From an uncultured bacterium (lineage in GTDB: Bacteria > Cyanobacteriota > Cyanobacteriia > CAKZMO01), in the NCBI GenBank assembly GCA_964465285.1, contig CAYXJG010000004.1, forward strand, positions 1-37,327: a stretch of 37,327 nt of DNA, given 5' to 3'. Below the pieces are notes generated by a model. That model was given only the letters and a program-made list of their open reading frames with translations. It was not told the origin of the DNA and did no database searches. The position numbers and the translations under genes are program-made. This document shows positions 1-9,439 of this stretch, in pieces. The first letter of the stretch is position 1. Every line of letters begins with the position of its first letter.

Positions 1-46
1 CCCGCCGCCCCTCTCCTCCGGTATCTTTAATTGAGTCGCAGATCCC
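1..46. mobile_element. Right part of a family F4 palindromic element, cut by the window edge
   Basis: Ends CCGGTATCTTT...GCAGATCCC|TTA like the copies at 586-671 and 1412-1503. Confidence 0.7.
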
Positions 47-484
47 TTATGGAAGATATTTTTGGACGACGTTCCATCCGGTCAGGCCAACTGCCAGGAA
101 GCCCAAGAATAAAACTCCATTAAGACTGAGGTGGAGCGTTCGCGCCCACGGTTTGCCTGCGCTGATTTGGGTCGCGCTCCAGGCAGAGGCTAGGGTAAGT
201 GTCACAGCCAAGATTCCGACAGGCAGATGAATAGAGTGGCCCAAGTCGCCGTATTCGCCCAGGGTGCCTATGATGCCAATTGCAAACAGCACCAACACCA
301 GCACAACGAGTAGGCTACCCAGTCCATAATGCACAGGACGCAACCAGGACGGGCAGCTTTTAACTCCCTGACGTGTCCACCGCAAGGTACCCCCGGTGAT
401 AGCCAATACGACATAGAGTGTCATGGACAACCCCATAGACCATGCGGCAATTCGCCAAAGCCAGAGGAAGGAAGGTAAATCCAA
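47..484 (-). CDS. DUF4079-like membrane protein
   Basis: 145 aa, about 4 hydrophobic helices with His residues; MDLPSFLWLWRIAAWSMG start resembles a conserved cyanobacterial family. Confidence 0.7.
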   Translation of the reverse strand: MDLPSFLWLWRIAAWSMGLSMTLYVVLAITGGTLRWTRQGVKSCPSWLRPVHYGLGSLLVVLVLVLFAIGIIGTLGEYGDLGHSIHLPVGILAVTLTLASAWSATQISAGKPWARTLHLSLNGVLFLGFLAVGLTGWNVVQKYLP

Positions 485-585
485 CTGTCAATTCCAGTAA
501 CATCATCATGGGATTACGCTCTACTTAATTATCCCCGAATATGGACACTGTGACCTCTCAACGCAACCGTCCCCATTTAGAATTA

Positions 586-671
586 GGGACTTGCAAAAAA
601 ATAAAGGACCCGGAAAAAGCAGCGGACTACGCCCGCTGCTTTTTCCGGTATCTTTTTTAGCCGCAGATCCC
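586..671. mobile_element. Family F4 palindromic MITE-like element
   Basis: TTA|GGGACTTGC...GCAGATCCC|TAA; central hairpin CCGGAAAAAGCAGCGGAC-TAC-GCCCGCTGCTTTTTCCGG. Confidence 0.8.
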
Positions 672-814
672 TAAGTGGGTTTTGGGGGTAGACGTAGTGA
701 GTCCGCCTCCAAAAAGCGCATTCTCTGATCCTAGGCAAATGTTCAGCCATAACAAGATGAGCAATGCGCGCTTTGCTCGCCTTGCTCATCGGGTACTATC
801 GACTGGGTCAGCTA

Positions 815-1228
815 CTAGAACTGGGGTGCCATTGCCAGGGCAAGGGGCTTCATAGGCTTTGTCCTCTCTATCCTCGCCATCACAGCGGAGGGATGGGCTG
901 GCAGCGGTTCCTCAGAATTTCCAAGATAAGACAACTTTTCATCATCACTGTCTACCTGGGGATCACCATAGTCATCATCTATCTGGAGACGCTTACAGGG
1001 AATGGTGTCTGAAAGAATTGCGCTGGCCATCATGCCACAGTGAATCTCAAGCTGGGCATCTGAAACGGATTCAAAGATCAGGCGTTGACCTGGAAACACA
1101 ACACGCTCGAAATACCAGTTGGGAACATTGGTGATCCGGGCAACCTGCATTTTGCTGGTTGCATTAACGTAGCAGCAGACAATCTTATCGTTTGTACTGT
1201 TAGGAAGGGGATCAAAAATTTGAGTCAT
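815..1228 (-). CDS. DUF1830 domain protein
   Basis: MTQIFDPLP...CCYVNATSKMQVARITNVPNWYFERVVFPGQRLIFE matches the cyanobacterial DUF1830 pattern; start moved from 1330 to the ATG at 1228. Confidence 0.8.
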   Translation of the reverse strand: MTQIFDPLPNSTNDKIVCCYVNATSKMQVARITNVPNWYFERVVFPGQRLIFESVSDAQLEIHCGMMASAILSDTIPCKRLQIDDDYGDPQVDSDDEKLSYLGNSEEPLPAHPSAVMARIERTKPMKPLALAMAPQF

Positions 1229-1411
1229 AGTAATTGAGGAGCTTTTTACAAAATTATTATCTTCATATGTGAACGTTATCATCCTGCGATCCCCATAGCT
1301 GTAAAGCCGACTACCAAGTGATTCCTGCAATTCGCTGGAAATCCAGCGCTGGCATGTGAAACAAAATATTTATGAAAATCGCTTGAACTTTGAAGACTCT
1401 TTAATTTTTAA

Positions 1412-1503
1412 GGGACTTGCAAGAAAATGAAAGTACCCGGAAAAGAGCAGCGGGCGCAGCCCGCTGCTCTTTTCTTCCGGTATCTTTTTTAGCCACAGAT
1501 CCC
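1412..1503. mobile_element. Family F4 palindromic MITE-like element
   Basis: TAA|GGGACTTGC...ACAGATCCC|TAA (3-bp duplication); hairpin AAAAGAGCAGCGGGC-GCA-GCCCGCTGCTCTTTT. Confidence 0.8.
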
Positions 1504-1529
1504 TAACCAGTAATTAAGTAGGATATGAT

Positions 1530-1633
1530 GACGACTTGGCAAAGTTCTCAAATTCACAACGAAAAACTAGGGGGTTGGGGCGCGCTCAGCGCGCCCCAAC
1601 CCCCTAGTTTTTCGTGAAACTTGCCAAGTCGTG
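1530..1633 (+). mobile_element. Family F1 element, full copy
   Basis: TIR ACGACTTGGCAA/TTGCCAAGTCGT; perfect 26-bp central stem, loop TCA; TATGAT(G) direct repeat on both flanks. Confidence 0.9.
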
Positions 1634-1694
1634 TATGATGACGATGCGTTTAAGCTAGGACGATTGACTAAGGCTGAGATAGATTAGGCGAGAG

Positions 1695-3539
1695 ATGTGT
1701 ATGAAACTCTGGGGTGGTCGAGTCGGCACATGGATTAGAAGAAGAATAGGATGGTCGCTCAACCCTCATATACGGTATGGGGCGATCGCCCTGCTATTTG
1801 CCCTGGGGGCGATCGCCCTCAATAGCTGTTCCTCATCACTGTCCCTATTGCTGTATAAGACTGAGGCGGCTCAAGTGCCTCGCATCGTGTACAGCGAAAT
1901 TAGCGAGCCGAAGACCTTCAACACAGTCACGAGCCAGGAAGCCACCCTCATCTTTGATTTGCTCTACGAGGGGCTCCTCTCTGAGAATGCCATCACCAGC
2001 GAGCTAGAGCCTGCTTTAGCAGAATCCTGGGACGTGTCAGACGATAGTAAGAGGATTGTGTTCACTCTGCGAGAAGGGCTGAAATGGTCTGATGGCGAGC
2101 CTTTTACCACAGACGATATTGTCTTCACCTACAACGCCATCTACTTCAATCCTGCCATTCCCAGTGGCGAGCGCGACATCTTACGCATCGGTGAATCAGG
2201 GACATTCCCCAGTGTCCGCAAAATTGACGATCGCCGGGTTGAGTTTACTGTCCCAGAGCCGTTTGCGCCCTTCCTGCGCTACGCGGGGGGGCTATCTATT
2301 TTGCCTAAGCACGCCCTGGAAGAGTATGTCAATGAAACGGACTCATCGGGGAATCCCCGATTTCTCTCAGCATGGGGAACGGACACCGACCCCAGGGAGA
2401 TAATTGGCAGCGGTCCCTATCGCATGACGGATTACGCAACGCTCCAGCGGGTCACGTTTGAGCGCAATCCGTACTACTGGAAAGAGGATGATACAGGCAA
2501 CTCACAACCGTATATCGAGAAGTTCATTTTGCAAATTGTGGAGTCCACAGACGCGTCCCTCCTACAATTCCGCTCTGGAGGACTGGATGGCATCAGCGTA
2601 TCTCCTGAAAATTTCTCTCTCTTGAAGCGGGAAGAAGAAAGAGGGAATTTCACCGTCTATGATGCTGGCCCCCGTCCGGGCACAACGTTTATTGCATTTA
2701 ACCTGAATAAAGGATCTTGGGATGGAAAACCGTTAGTTGATCCAGTGCGATCGCGCTGGTTCAACACCAAGGAATTTCGGCAGGCTGTGGCCTATGCCAT
2801 TGACCGCCAAACGATGATTAACAACATTTTTCAGGGGCTAGGCGAGCCGCAAACCTCTCCTATCTCGGTTCAAAGCCCGTACTATGCTTCTCCAGAAGAA
2901 GGCATTAAAGCGTATAATTATGATCCCCAAAAAGCTCGCCAGCTACTACTCGATGCAGGGTTTCGCTATGATGAGAGCGATCGCCTGGTTGACTGGGATG
3001 GCAACCTAGTGCGGTTTAACTTCATCACCAACTCTGGCAACACAATTCGCGAAGCAATGGGATCACAGATCAAGCGAGACTTAGAGCAGCTTGGTATGGA
3101 GGTCGATTTTCAGCCCATCGCCTTCAACACCCTGGTCGAAAAGCTCACGAAGTACATGGACTGGGAATGTTTTCTTCTGAGCTTAACGGGCGGCATTGAG
3201 CCGAATGGCGGTGCAAATGTTTGGCTGACGGACGGGAGCTTGCATACGTTTAACCAAGCCTCCCCTGATAGTGAAAATCCCATTCAGGGGCGGGAGATTG
3301 CTGACTGGGAAGAAGAAATCAGCCAAGTCTATGTTCAGGCAGCCCAGGTGCTGGATGAGGAGCAGCGTAAAGCTTTATATACCCATTCCCAGCAGTTGAC
3401 CCAGGAGTATTTGCCTTTCATTTATTTGGTGAACCAGCTTTCTCTATCGGCAGTTCGGAATCGAGTGAAAGGCGTCCAGTATTCAGCCCTGGGTGGCACC
3501 CTCTGGAATGTAGAAGAGTTGAAGCTAAGCGCAGAGTGA
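1695..3539 (+). CDS. ABC transporter substrate-binding protein, peptide/nickel family 5
   Basis: Lipobox-like ALNSC; LEPALAESW...FTLREGLKWSDGEPFTTDDIVFT family 5 signature; exact start uncertain. Confidence 0.9.
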   Translation: MCMKLWGGRVGTWIRRRIGWSLNPHIRYGAIALLFALGAIALNSCSSSLSLLLYKTEAAQVPRIVYSEISEPKTFNTVTSQEATLIFDLLYEGLLSENAITSELEPALAESWDVSDDSKRIVFTLREGLKWSDGEPFTTDDIVFTYNAIYFNPAIPSGERDILRIGESGTFPSVRKIDDRRVEFTVPEPFAPFLRYAGGLSILPKHALEEYVNETDSSGNPRFLSAWGTDTDPREIIGSGPYRMTDYATLQRVTFERNPYYWKEDDTGNSQPYIEKFILQIVESTDASLLQFRSGGLDGISVSPENFSLLKREEERGNFTVYDAGPRPGTTFIAFNLNKGSWDGKPLVDPVRSRWFNTKEFRQAVAYAIDRQTMINNIFQGLGEPQTSPISVQSPYYASPEEGIKAYNYDPQKARQLLLDAGFRYDESDRLVDWDGNLVRFNFITNSGNTIREAMGSQIKRDLEQLGMEVDFQPIAFNTLVEKLTKYMDWECFLLSLTGGIEPNGGANVWLTDGSLHTFNQASPDSENPIQGREIADWEEEISQVYVQAAQVLDEEQRKALYTHSQQLTQEYLPFIYLVNQLSLSAVRNRVKGVQYSALGGTLWNVEELKLSAE

Positions 3540-3546
3540 GGCGGCT

Positions 3547-4320
3547 GTGACCCAACCGGATAACATTCAAGCACTTCTCCAGGCCGTTGCCCTGGGAGAG
3601 ATGAGTCCTGATCTAGCGTTTAACAAACTGCGATATTTGGATTTTGAACCTGTTGATGAATTTGCCAAAGTGGATCATCACCGGGCGCTGCGCACAGGTT
3701 TCCCAGAGGTAATTTGGGGGCCAGGAAAGACCCCAGAGCAAATTGTCAAAATTATTCAGGCGATGCGCGATCGCACCTCTGTCGTGATGGCAACCCGCAT
3801 TGAGCCAGGGGTCTATAACGTGCTGAGGACGCACCTGCCCGACCTTCGCTATTTTTCCCAGGCGAGAATTTGTGCGATCGCCCCTGATCATCCTTTGCCC
3901 GAGCACCCTGGCACCATTACCCTGGTGTCGGCGGGTACCGCTGACCTTCCGGTCGCTGAAGAAGCGGCGGTGACGGCTGAGTTATGCGGCTTTCGCGTTG
4001 ACCGATTGTGGGATGTGGGGGTATCAGGCATTCACCGCCTGCTCGACCATCGGGATATTCTTGCCAATGCCCACGTCATTATTGTGGTAGCGGGGATGGA
4101 AGGGGCATTGCCCAGCGTCGTCGCCGGGTTGGCAAACTGCCCTGTCGTTGCTGTGCCCACCAGTGTGGGTTATGGGGCTCACCTGAACGGTATTGCGCCC
4201 CTGCTGACAATGCTCAACTCCTGTGCCACAGGCATCGGCGTCGTAAATATTGATAACGGTTTCGGTGCTGCGATGATGGCAGGGCAAATTCTCCGCACCG
4301 CCGCCCGTTTACAGGCATAA
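3547..4320 (+). CDS. larB: LarB/CpmA family PurE-like protein (nickel-pincer cofactor biosynthesis / circadian phase modifier)
   Basis: AKVDHHRALRTGFPEVIWGPGKT, SAGTADLPVAEEA, VAGMEGALPSVV, PTSVGYG and VVNIDNGFGAA motifs. Confidence 0.9.
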   Translation: MTQPDNIQALLQAVALGEMSPDLAFNKLRYLDFEPVDEFAKVDHHRALRTGFPEVIWGPGKTPEQIVKIIQAMRDRTSVVMATRIEPGVYNVLRTHLPDLRYFSQARICAIAPDHPLPEHPGTITLVSAGTADLPVAEEAAVTAELCGFRVDRLWDVGVSGIHRLLDHRDILANAHVIIVVAGMEGALPSVVAGLANCPVVAVPTSVGYGAHLNGIAPLLTMLNSCATGIGVVNIDNGFGAAMMAGQILRTAARLQA

Positions 4321-4713
4321 CACCTAAAACAACAAGGCGTTTCACAGAATCTAGAGTATAAGAAGCATCAGGAAAGCAATTACTCCGAGTAAAGGTAATA
4401 CTTCAGACGTCCAGTCACGCTCATCTACATCGCTCATCTACATATCGATGAAACCCACAATTGATGCAATTATACTGATTTCCCTTAGAGACAATGGTAT
4501 GTTTCTCACACTTAGGGCATTCAACCATACTCAATGCGCTTTGATGGCTATTAAAAATGGGATCAGAAGATCGGTTATTTTTCATGGAAATTTAGCTAGT
4601 AATCTTAGCTTCAAAGAAATAGCCTGCATTTACGTACACTGCAAAACGAAGAATTGGCAGAACTTGAGCCCCAAAATTAAGTTTTTCAAACACAGAAGGG
4701 ATTAGGGATCTGC

Positions 4714-4817
4714 CACGACTTGGCAAAGTTCTCAAATTCACAACACAAAGATAGGGGTTTGGCGCGCGCTCCGCGCGCCCCAAACCCTCATTCTGGTGTG
4801 AAACTTGCCAAGTCGTG
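4714..4817 (+). mobile_element. Family F1 element, slightly decayed
   Basis: CACGACTTGGCAAAGTTCTCAAATTCAC...GTGAAACTTGCCAAGTCGTG; loop TCC; no clear target duplication. Confidence 0.85.
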
Positions 4818-5058
4818 TAAACATCAAGGCGAGAGACATCTTTATCTTTCTAAATAGATGTAAAGAAGTGCAAAAGGTCTGCGGGTATAGAGTGACAACG
4901 CGAGGGCAAGGTGCAGAGGAGGCGATCGCCCCGTTTCAGCGGGACGCAGGGGGCATTCTACCGAGAATCTAATGATTCGCAAATCCTTGATTTACGGTTA
5001 TCATTACGGTCATTCGCACTACCGTCTAGCTTGGAGGCGTCTGCATGGAGGCACGGTC

Positions 5059-5634
5059 ATGATTAGCGTTGCACCGCCTATCGGGAATTATGCTCCAGAT
5101 TTTGAGCTGCCTGATGTTCACGGCACCGTTCACCACCTCACCCGATATTTAGAAACATGGCAAGCCATCGTTGTTGTCATGCTTTCAAGTCAATGCCCTG
5201 ACGTACGCTCTTGCATTCGTGAGCTAAACGCTATTCAGGCAGAATTCGCATCTCAACAAGTCACAGTCATCGGCATTAATGCAAACGATGAAAAACAGGT
5301 TCCAGAAGACAGCTACAGCCAGATGAAAGGATTTGTCGAGGCCTATAGTATCCAGTTTCCCTACTTGCGAGACGTGACCCAGGATGTTGTCCGAACCTTC
5401 ACAGCAGAAACGACTCCCCAGGCGTTCTTGATTGATGCTGCTGGGAAAATTCGTTACATCGGTGCTGTTGGCGATTCAGGAGGAACCGCACAGTCAACGG
5501 CACCTCAGCCCCCATCTTCTCCGCTCAGGGAGGCGATCGCTCAACTCCTTGCCGGGGAGGCGATCGCCGTTCCGATTACCCAGGCAACCGGGTGCCCAAT
5601 TCGATGGCGCAAAGCCGCTGGCTACACCCTGTAG
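5059..5634 (+). CDS. Thioredoxin-fold AhpC/TSA (redoxin) family protein
   Basis: [43 protein letters not shown]; GGAGG upstream of ATG 5059. Confidence 0.85.
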   Translation: MISVAPPIGNYAPDFELPDVHGTVHHLTRYLETWQAIVVVMLSSQCPDVRSCIRELNAIQAEFASQQVTVIGINANDEKQVPEDSYSQMKGFVEAYSIQFPYLRDVTQDVVRTFTAETTPQAFLIDAAGKIRYIGAVGDSGGTAQSTAPQPPSSPLREAIAQLLAGEAIAVPITQATGCPIRWRKAAGYTL

Positions 5635-5740
5635 GAACCGTGCAGAACTGCTACCTCCCTTTGCCCGTCCCAGAGGTTCGTGCTTTTGCTACATCTGCTG
5701 TTATCTTAAGTGGGAAACCTTCAAAACTAGGCGGTGTCGC

Positions 5741-6469
5741 ATGGGGACAACATATCAGCGCATTTTGCTCAAGTTAAGCGGCGAAGCACTCATGGGGGAC
5801 TTACAATACGGCATTGACCCCGCTGTTGTACAAAAAATTGCCCTTGAGGTTGCCGATGTGTGTAATACCGGAGTTCAGGTCGCCATCGTTGTCGGTGGCG
5901 GCAATATTTTTAGGGGGGTCAAAGGAGCGGCATCGGGCATGGATCGAGCCACTGCTGACTATATTGGTATGATTTCAACGGTCATGAACGCCATGACTTT
6001 GCAAGATGCCTTTGAGCGCAACGGCATTCCTACACGGGTACAAACGGCGATTGAGATGCAGGAAGTGGCAGAACCCTACATTCGTCGCCGGGCCATCCGC
6101 CATCTGGAAAAGGGGCGATTGGTGATTTTTGGGGCGGGATCCGGCAATCCGTTTTTCACCACAGACACCACTGCGGCTCTCAGAGCTGCCGAAATTAACG
6201 CTGAAGTGTTATTCAAAGCCACTAAAGTTGATGGTATTTATGATTCAGACCCGCGTACAAATCCTGATGCAAAGCGCTACCAGAGTTTAACCTACAGCCA
6301 TGTGCTCACCCATGATTTGCGTGTAATGGATAGTACGGCGATCGCACTGTGTAAAGATAACAATATTCCTATTATGGTGTTTGACTTGTCTGTAGCGGGC
6401 AACATTCACCGAGCAGTAATGGGAGAACCCATTGGAACGATTGTTGGAGGAACCTGTGAAGTTATCTGA
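5741..6469 (+). CDS. pyrH: UMP kinase
   Basis: [38 protein letters not shown]; start moved to ATG 5741. Confidence 0.97.
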   Translation: MGTTYQRILLKLSGEALMGDLQYGIDPAVVQKIALEVADVCNTGVQVAIVVGGGNIFRGVKGAASGMDRATADYIGMISTVMNAMTLQDAFERNGIPTRVQTAIEMQEVAEPYIRRRAIRHLEKGRLVIFGAGSGNPFFTTDTTAALRAAEINAEVLFKATKVDGIYDSDPRTNPDAKRYQSLTYSHVLTHDLRVMDSTAIALCKDNNIPIMVFDLSVAGNIHRAVMGEPIGTIVGGTCEVI

Positions 6470-7004
6470 AGCCGAGAGTTTGATGCAAAAAGCTGTTGAA
6501 GCAACCCAGCGCTCATTCAACACCATTCGGACAGGGCGTGCTAATGCGTCAATCCTGGATCGGGTGATGGTGGAATACTACGGTACCCCCACGCCGCTTA
6601 AATCCCTGGCGAACATCAACACGCCTGATGCATCAACAATTACTATTCAACCCTACGATCCGGGCAGCCTGTCACTCATCGAGAAGGCCATTTCCCTCTC
6701 AGATGTGGGGCTGACTCCAACGAACGATGGCAGTATTATTCGCCTTAATATTCCGCCGCTCACTAGTGAGCGGCGCAAGGAGTTTGTTAAAGTGGCTGCC
6801 AAGTTTGCAGAAGAGGGCAAGGTCGCTATTCGTAATATTCGCCGGGATACCATTGACAGCATTCGCAAAGACGAAAAGAACAGCGATATTTCTGAGGATG
6901 AGTCCCGTGATCTGCAAGATGACGTGCAAAAAGCAACGGATAAATACGTCAAGAAAATTGACGACCTTCTGGCAGAGAAAGAAGAGGACATCATGAAGGT
7001 TTAG
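6456..7004 (+). CDS. frr: Ribosome recycling factor
   Basis: [33 protein letters not shown]; GTG start after GGAGG, overlapping the pyrH end. Confidence 0.97.
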   Translation: MKLSEAESLMQKAVEATQRSFNTIRTGRANASILDRVMVEYYGTPTPLKSLANINTPDASTITIQPYDPGSLSLIEKAISLSDVGLTPTNDGSIIRLNIPPLTSERRKEFVKVAAKFAEEGKVAIRNIRRDTIDSIRKDEKNSDISEDESRDLQDDVQKATDKYVKKIDDLLAEKEEDIMKV

Positions 7005-7031
7005 CCGTTGGTCAGCTCTAAAATTTAGAGC

Positions 7032-7123
7032 AGTAGCTTGGCATAATGAAAACCAGATGGAAAGCCTGCACCGCCTGCTGCACAGGGCTTTACGGGTTGT
7101 CTAATTGGTGATACTCATCTACT
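7032..7123. mobile_element. Family F6 element, decayed
   Basis: AGTAGCTTGGCATAAT...CTACT|TA; internal similarity to 35728-35830. Confidence 0.65.
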
Positions 7124-7125
7124 TA

Positions 7126-7172
7126 CACGACTTGGTAAAGTTCTCAAATTCACAACGAAAACATAGGAGTTT
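7126..7172 (+). mobile_element. Family F1 element, left half only
   Basis: CACGACTTGGTAAAGTTCTCAAATTCACAACGAAAACATAGGAGTTT, then similarity stops. Confidence 0.8.
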
Positions 7173-7183
7173 TGAGAATCAGC

Positions 7184-7218
7184 CAAAATCCAAAACCGCA
7201 AATCTAAAATCCAAAATT
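7184..7218. repeat. Heptamer tandem repeat (STRR-like)
   Basis: CAAAATC CAAAACC GCAAATC TAAAATC CAAAATT. Confidence 0.65.
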
Positions 7219-7222
7219 AACA

Positions 7223-8902
7223 TCACTCGACGGCCTGAAGGTATTTCTGGTCTGCTGTTGAGGGGGTTGATGACAGGTTGCGTCGGTGGAGAGCGCTGTA
7301 GGGAAGCACTCGCTGAATTTCGTGAATGGTGGTGATGCCAGCAGTGACTTTGGCGATCGCCGCTTTCCGAAAGGACTCAAACCCGGTTTCCTGCAAGTAG
7401 TGGTGCAACTGAGTCAGGGTACCTTCATAGATAATCTGACGAACGACATCATCCACGTCCAGCAATTCGATAATGGCTTCCCGTCCCATGTAACCAGACT
7501 GGAAACACTTGGCGCATCCCCGTCCCTTTCGCCAGGAGGCGGCATGGGCGCGATCGCGGGTCAGCCGCAGCAGCTTCAAGTCTTGGTCGGTGGGGGAGTA
7601 AGATTCGGCACAGTGGGGGCAAACCCGCCGCACCAAACGCTGGGCTACGATGCCTAACAGAGCATCGCTGATCAGGCTGGGATCGGGACCAATATCCTTT
7701 AAGCGAGGAATGGCGCTGACAGCATCATTCGTGTGCAGGGTCGTGAGTACCAGGTGTCCAGTTAGTGCTGCCCGTACCGCCGTTTCAGCAGTTTCCTCAT
7801 CCCGTACCTCACCGACCATAATGATGTCGGGATCTTGCCGCAGGATGGCTCGCAGTCCTGCCGCAAAAGTCATACCTGCTGTTTCATGCACCTGGGTTTG
7901 GGTGATGCGAGGAAGTATATATTCCACTGGGTCTTCCACCGTCACCACGTTGACGTACTCTGTGGCGACCCGCTGCAGGCTGGTGTAGAGGGTGCTGGTT
8001 TTTCCCGATCCCGTCGGCCCGGTAAAGATGACCATGCCCTGGGGTTGATGGAGCCAGTTTTGATAGGTTTTGAGAGCTTTGGGGGTAAATCCCAACTCCT
8101 CAATGGTGGAGAAGGGATTTTCCTGGGGCAGCAGTCGGATCACCACCTTTTCTCCCCCCACGCAAGGTAAGGTACTCACTCGCATGTCCAACCCTACATC
8201 AAGGCCCTGGCCTGAGGAGTAGCGCTCACCGATGCGGGCATCCTGGGGGCGGCGGCTCTCAGCAATGTCCATATCTGCCATGACTTTGAGGGCCACCACG
8301 GCACGGCGGCTAATGTCTTGGGGCAACGTGGTAATGTCGCGCAGAATGCCATCGATACGGTAGCGCACCAGCAAACCGCCTTGGGTTGGTTCTAGGTGAA
8401 TGTCGCTGGCGCGGTTACGGAGGGCACCGGAGATGATGGTTTTGATGCGGCTGATCTGGTCTGCTGCCTTAGACAAGTAAAGTTCCGTAACTTCGCAAAT
8501 GTCTTCGCTATCAACCTCACCCGTGAGAGGGTTCACCAATCCTGTGCCTTGAATTTCCTTGAGGTCAGAAAATTGGAGGTGAAACCAGGATCGATAGCAC
8601 TTTTTGCTAATGGGGATGATTTTAATGTCTGTCAGGGTGCGATCGCCCAGTTGCTTGACTTGGGCATCGGAGAGCTGAATAGGACTGCCCAGAAAATAGC
8701 AGTTTTGCCACAGCAGGAGAGGTAGGACAGGGGGAATACTTTTGGGGTCAGGAAAATCTCTGAGGAAACGGTGAGTTAAATCCCGGTCGAGGAGCGAGAG
8801 GTTGACTATGCCGTGATTTACCAGCAAAGCGATCGCCTGTTCACAGGAAATTTCACGGCGTCGGAGCTGTTGCCAAGCAGAGGAAATAGCAGTTGAAGGC
8901 AT
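7223..8902 (-). CDS. GspE/PulE/PilB-family secretion ATPase
   Basis: ASDIHLEP, Walker A GPTGSGKTSTL, TVEDPVEY, LRQDPDIIMVGEVRD, His box TGHLVLTTLH, CPHC...CAKC zinc motif. Confidence 0.93.
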   Translation of the reverse strand: MPSTAISSAWQQLRRREISCEQAIALLVNHGIVNLSLLDRDLTHRFLRDFPDPKSIPPVLPLLLWQNCYFLGSPIQLSDAQVKQLGDRTLTDIKIIPISKKCYRSWFHLQFSDLKEIQGTGLVNPLTGEVDSEDICEVTELYLSKAADQISRIKTIISGALRNRASDIHLEPTQGGLLVRYRIDGILRDITTLPQDISRRAVVALKVMADMDIAESRRPQDARIGERYSSGQGLDVGLDMRVSTLPCVGGEKVVIRLLPQENPFSTIEELGFTPKALKTYQNWLHQPQGMVIFTGPTGSGKTSTLYTSLQRVATEYVNVVTVEDPVEYILPRITQTQVHETAGMTFAAGLRAILRQDPDIIMVGEVRDEETAETAVRAALTGHLVLTTLHTNDAVSAIPRLKDIGPDPSLISDALLGIVAQRLVRRVCPHCAESYSPTDQDLKLLRLTRDRAHAASWRKGRGCAKCFQSGYMGREAIIELLDVDDVVRQIIYEGTLTQLHHYLQETGFESFRKAAIAKVTAGITTIHEIQRVLPYSALHRRNLSSTPSTADQKYLQAVE

Positions 8903-9074
8903 GAATTTATCAGAGCAGGTTCATGATCTAAATAACACAAATCCTGCCGAACAGATACCTATTCCCCGATGATTTTTGATGACTCGAATCATTCCACATC
9001 AATTTTTCTGGCGACTCAGCCCCTCAAACATTCGTCAGCAATGACACCTGAGATATATGTGATATAGAACACAT

Positions 9075-9102
9075 AAAAAAGGAGCCTGTATCGCAGGCTC
9101 CT
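9075..9102 (-). terminator. Intrinsic terminator on the minus strand
   Basis: Minus strand reads AGGAGCCTG-CGATA-CAGGCTCCT followed by a T run, downstream of the HtrA gene. Confidence 0.65.
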
Positions 9103-9120
9103 GGCTGAGGAACGTTCTTA

Positions 9121-9222
9121 CACGACTTGGCAGGTTTCACGCAAAAACAGGGGTTTGGCGCGCGCTCCGCGCGCCAAACCCCTGTTTTTGCGTTGTGAAT
9201 TTGAGAACTTTGCCAAGCCATG
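9121..9222 (-). mobile_element. Family F1 element, full copy, reversed
   Basis: Perfect stem CGCAAAAACAGGGGTTTGGCGCGCG; (G)TTCTTA direct repeat on both flanks. Confidence 0.9.
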
Positions 9223-9261
9223 TTCTTAAATCTGTCTTGGAAATGAAGCCGATGATTTTTA

Positions 9262-9437
9262 AGTAGCTGGTGCTCTGTCATTTCTTGAAATTAGGGTCAA
9301 TCCCGGAGGGACTTACCCTAATTTTTAATTTTGACGCTGCACTAGGCACAATTAAAAACTAGGTGTAAAACCCTGCGCCGCCCGCTGCGCAGGCGGCGCA
9401 GGGTTTACGACGGGTTTTATAATTAATTATGCTACCT
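9262..9437. mobile_element. Family F6 element interrupted by an F7 element
   Basis: AGTAG-CTGG[F7]CTAG-GCACAATTAAAA...; hairpin AAACCCTGCGCCGCC.GC-TGC-GCAGGCGGCGCAGGGTTT. Confidence 0.75.
9271..9341. mobile_element. Family F7 element (71 bp)
   Basis: CTGG|TGCTCTGTCA...TGACGCTGCA|CTAG; central hairpin with loop GGA; inverted twin at 10777-10847. Confidence 0.8.
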
Positions 9438-9439
9438 CC

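Noticed and set aside
583-789. 68-aa ORF
   Set aside because: Runs through an F4 element; no recognisable motif
4321-4710. AT-rich intergenic stretch and 85-aa ORF at 4448-4705
   Set aside because: No recognisable protein or RNA motif; GTA-N7-TAC near 4389 is one base short of an NtcA site
5432-5740. N-terminal extension of pyrH in the ORF track
   Set aside because: Overlaps the redoxin gene; UMP kinase similarity starts at 5741
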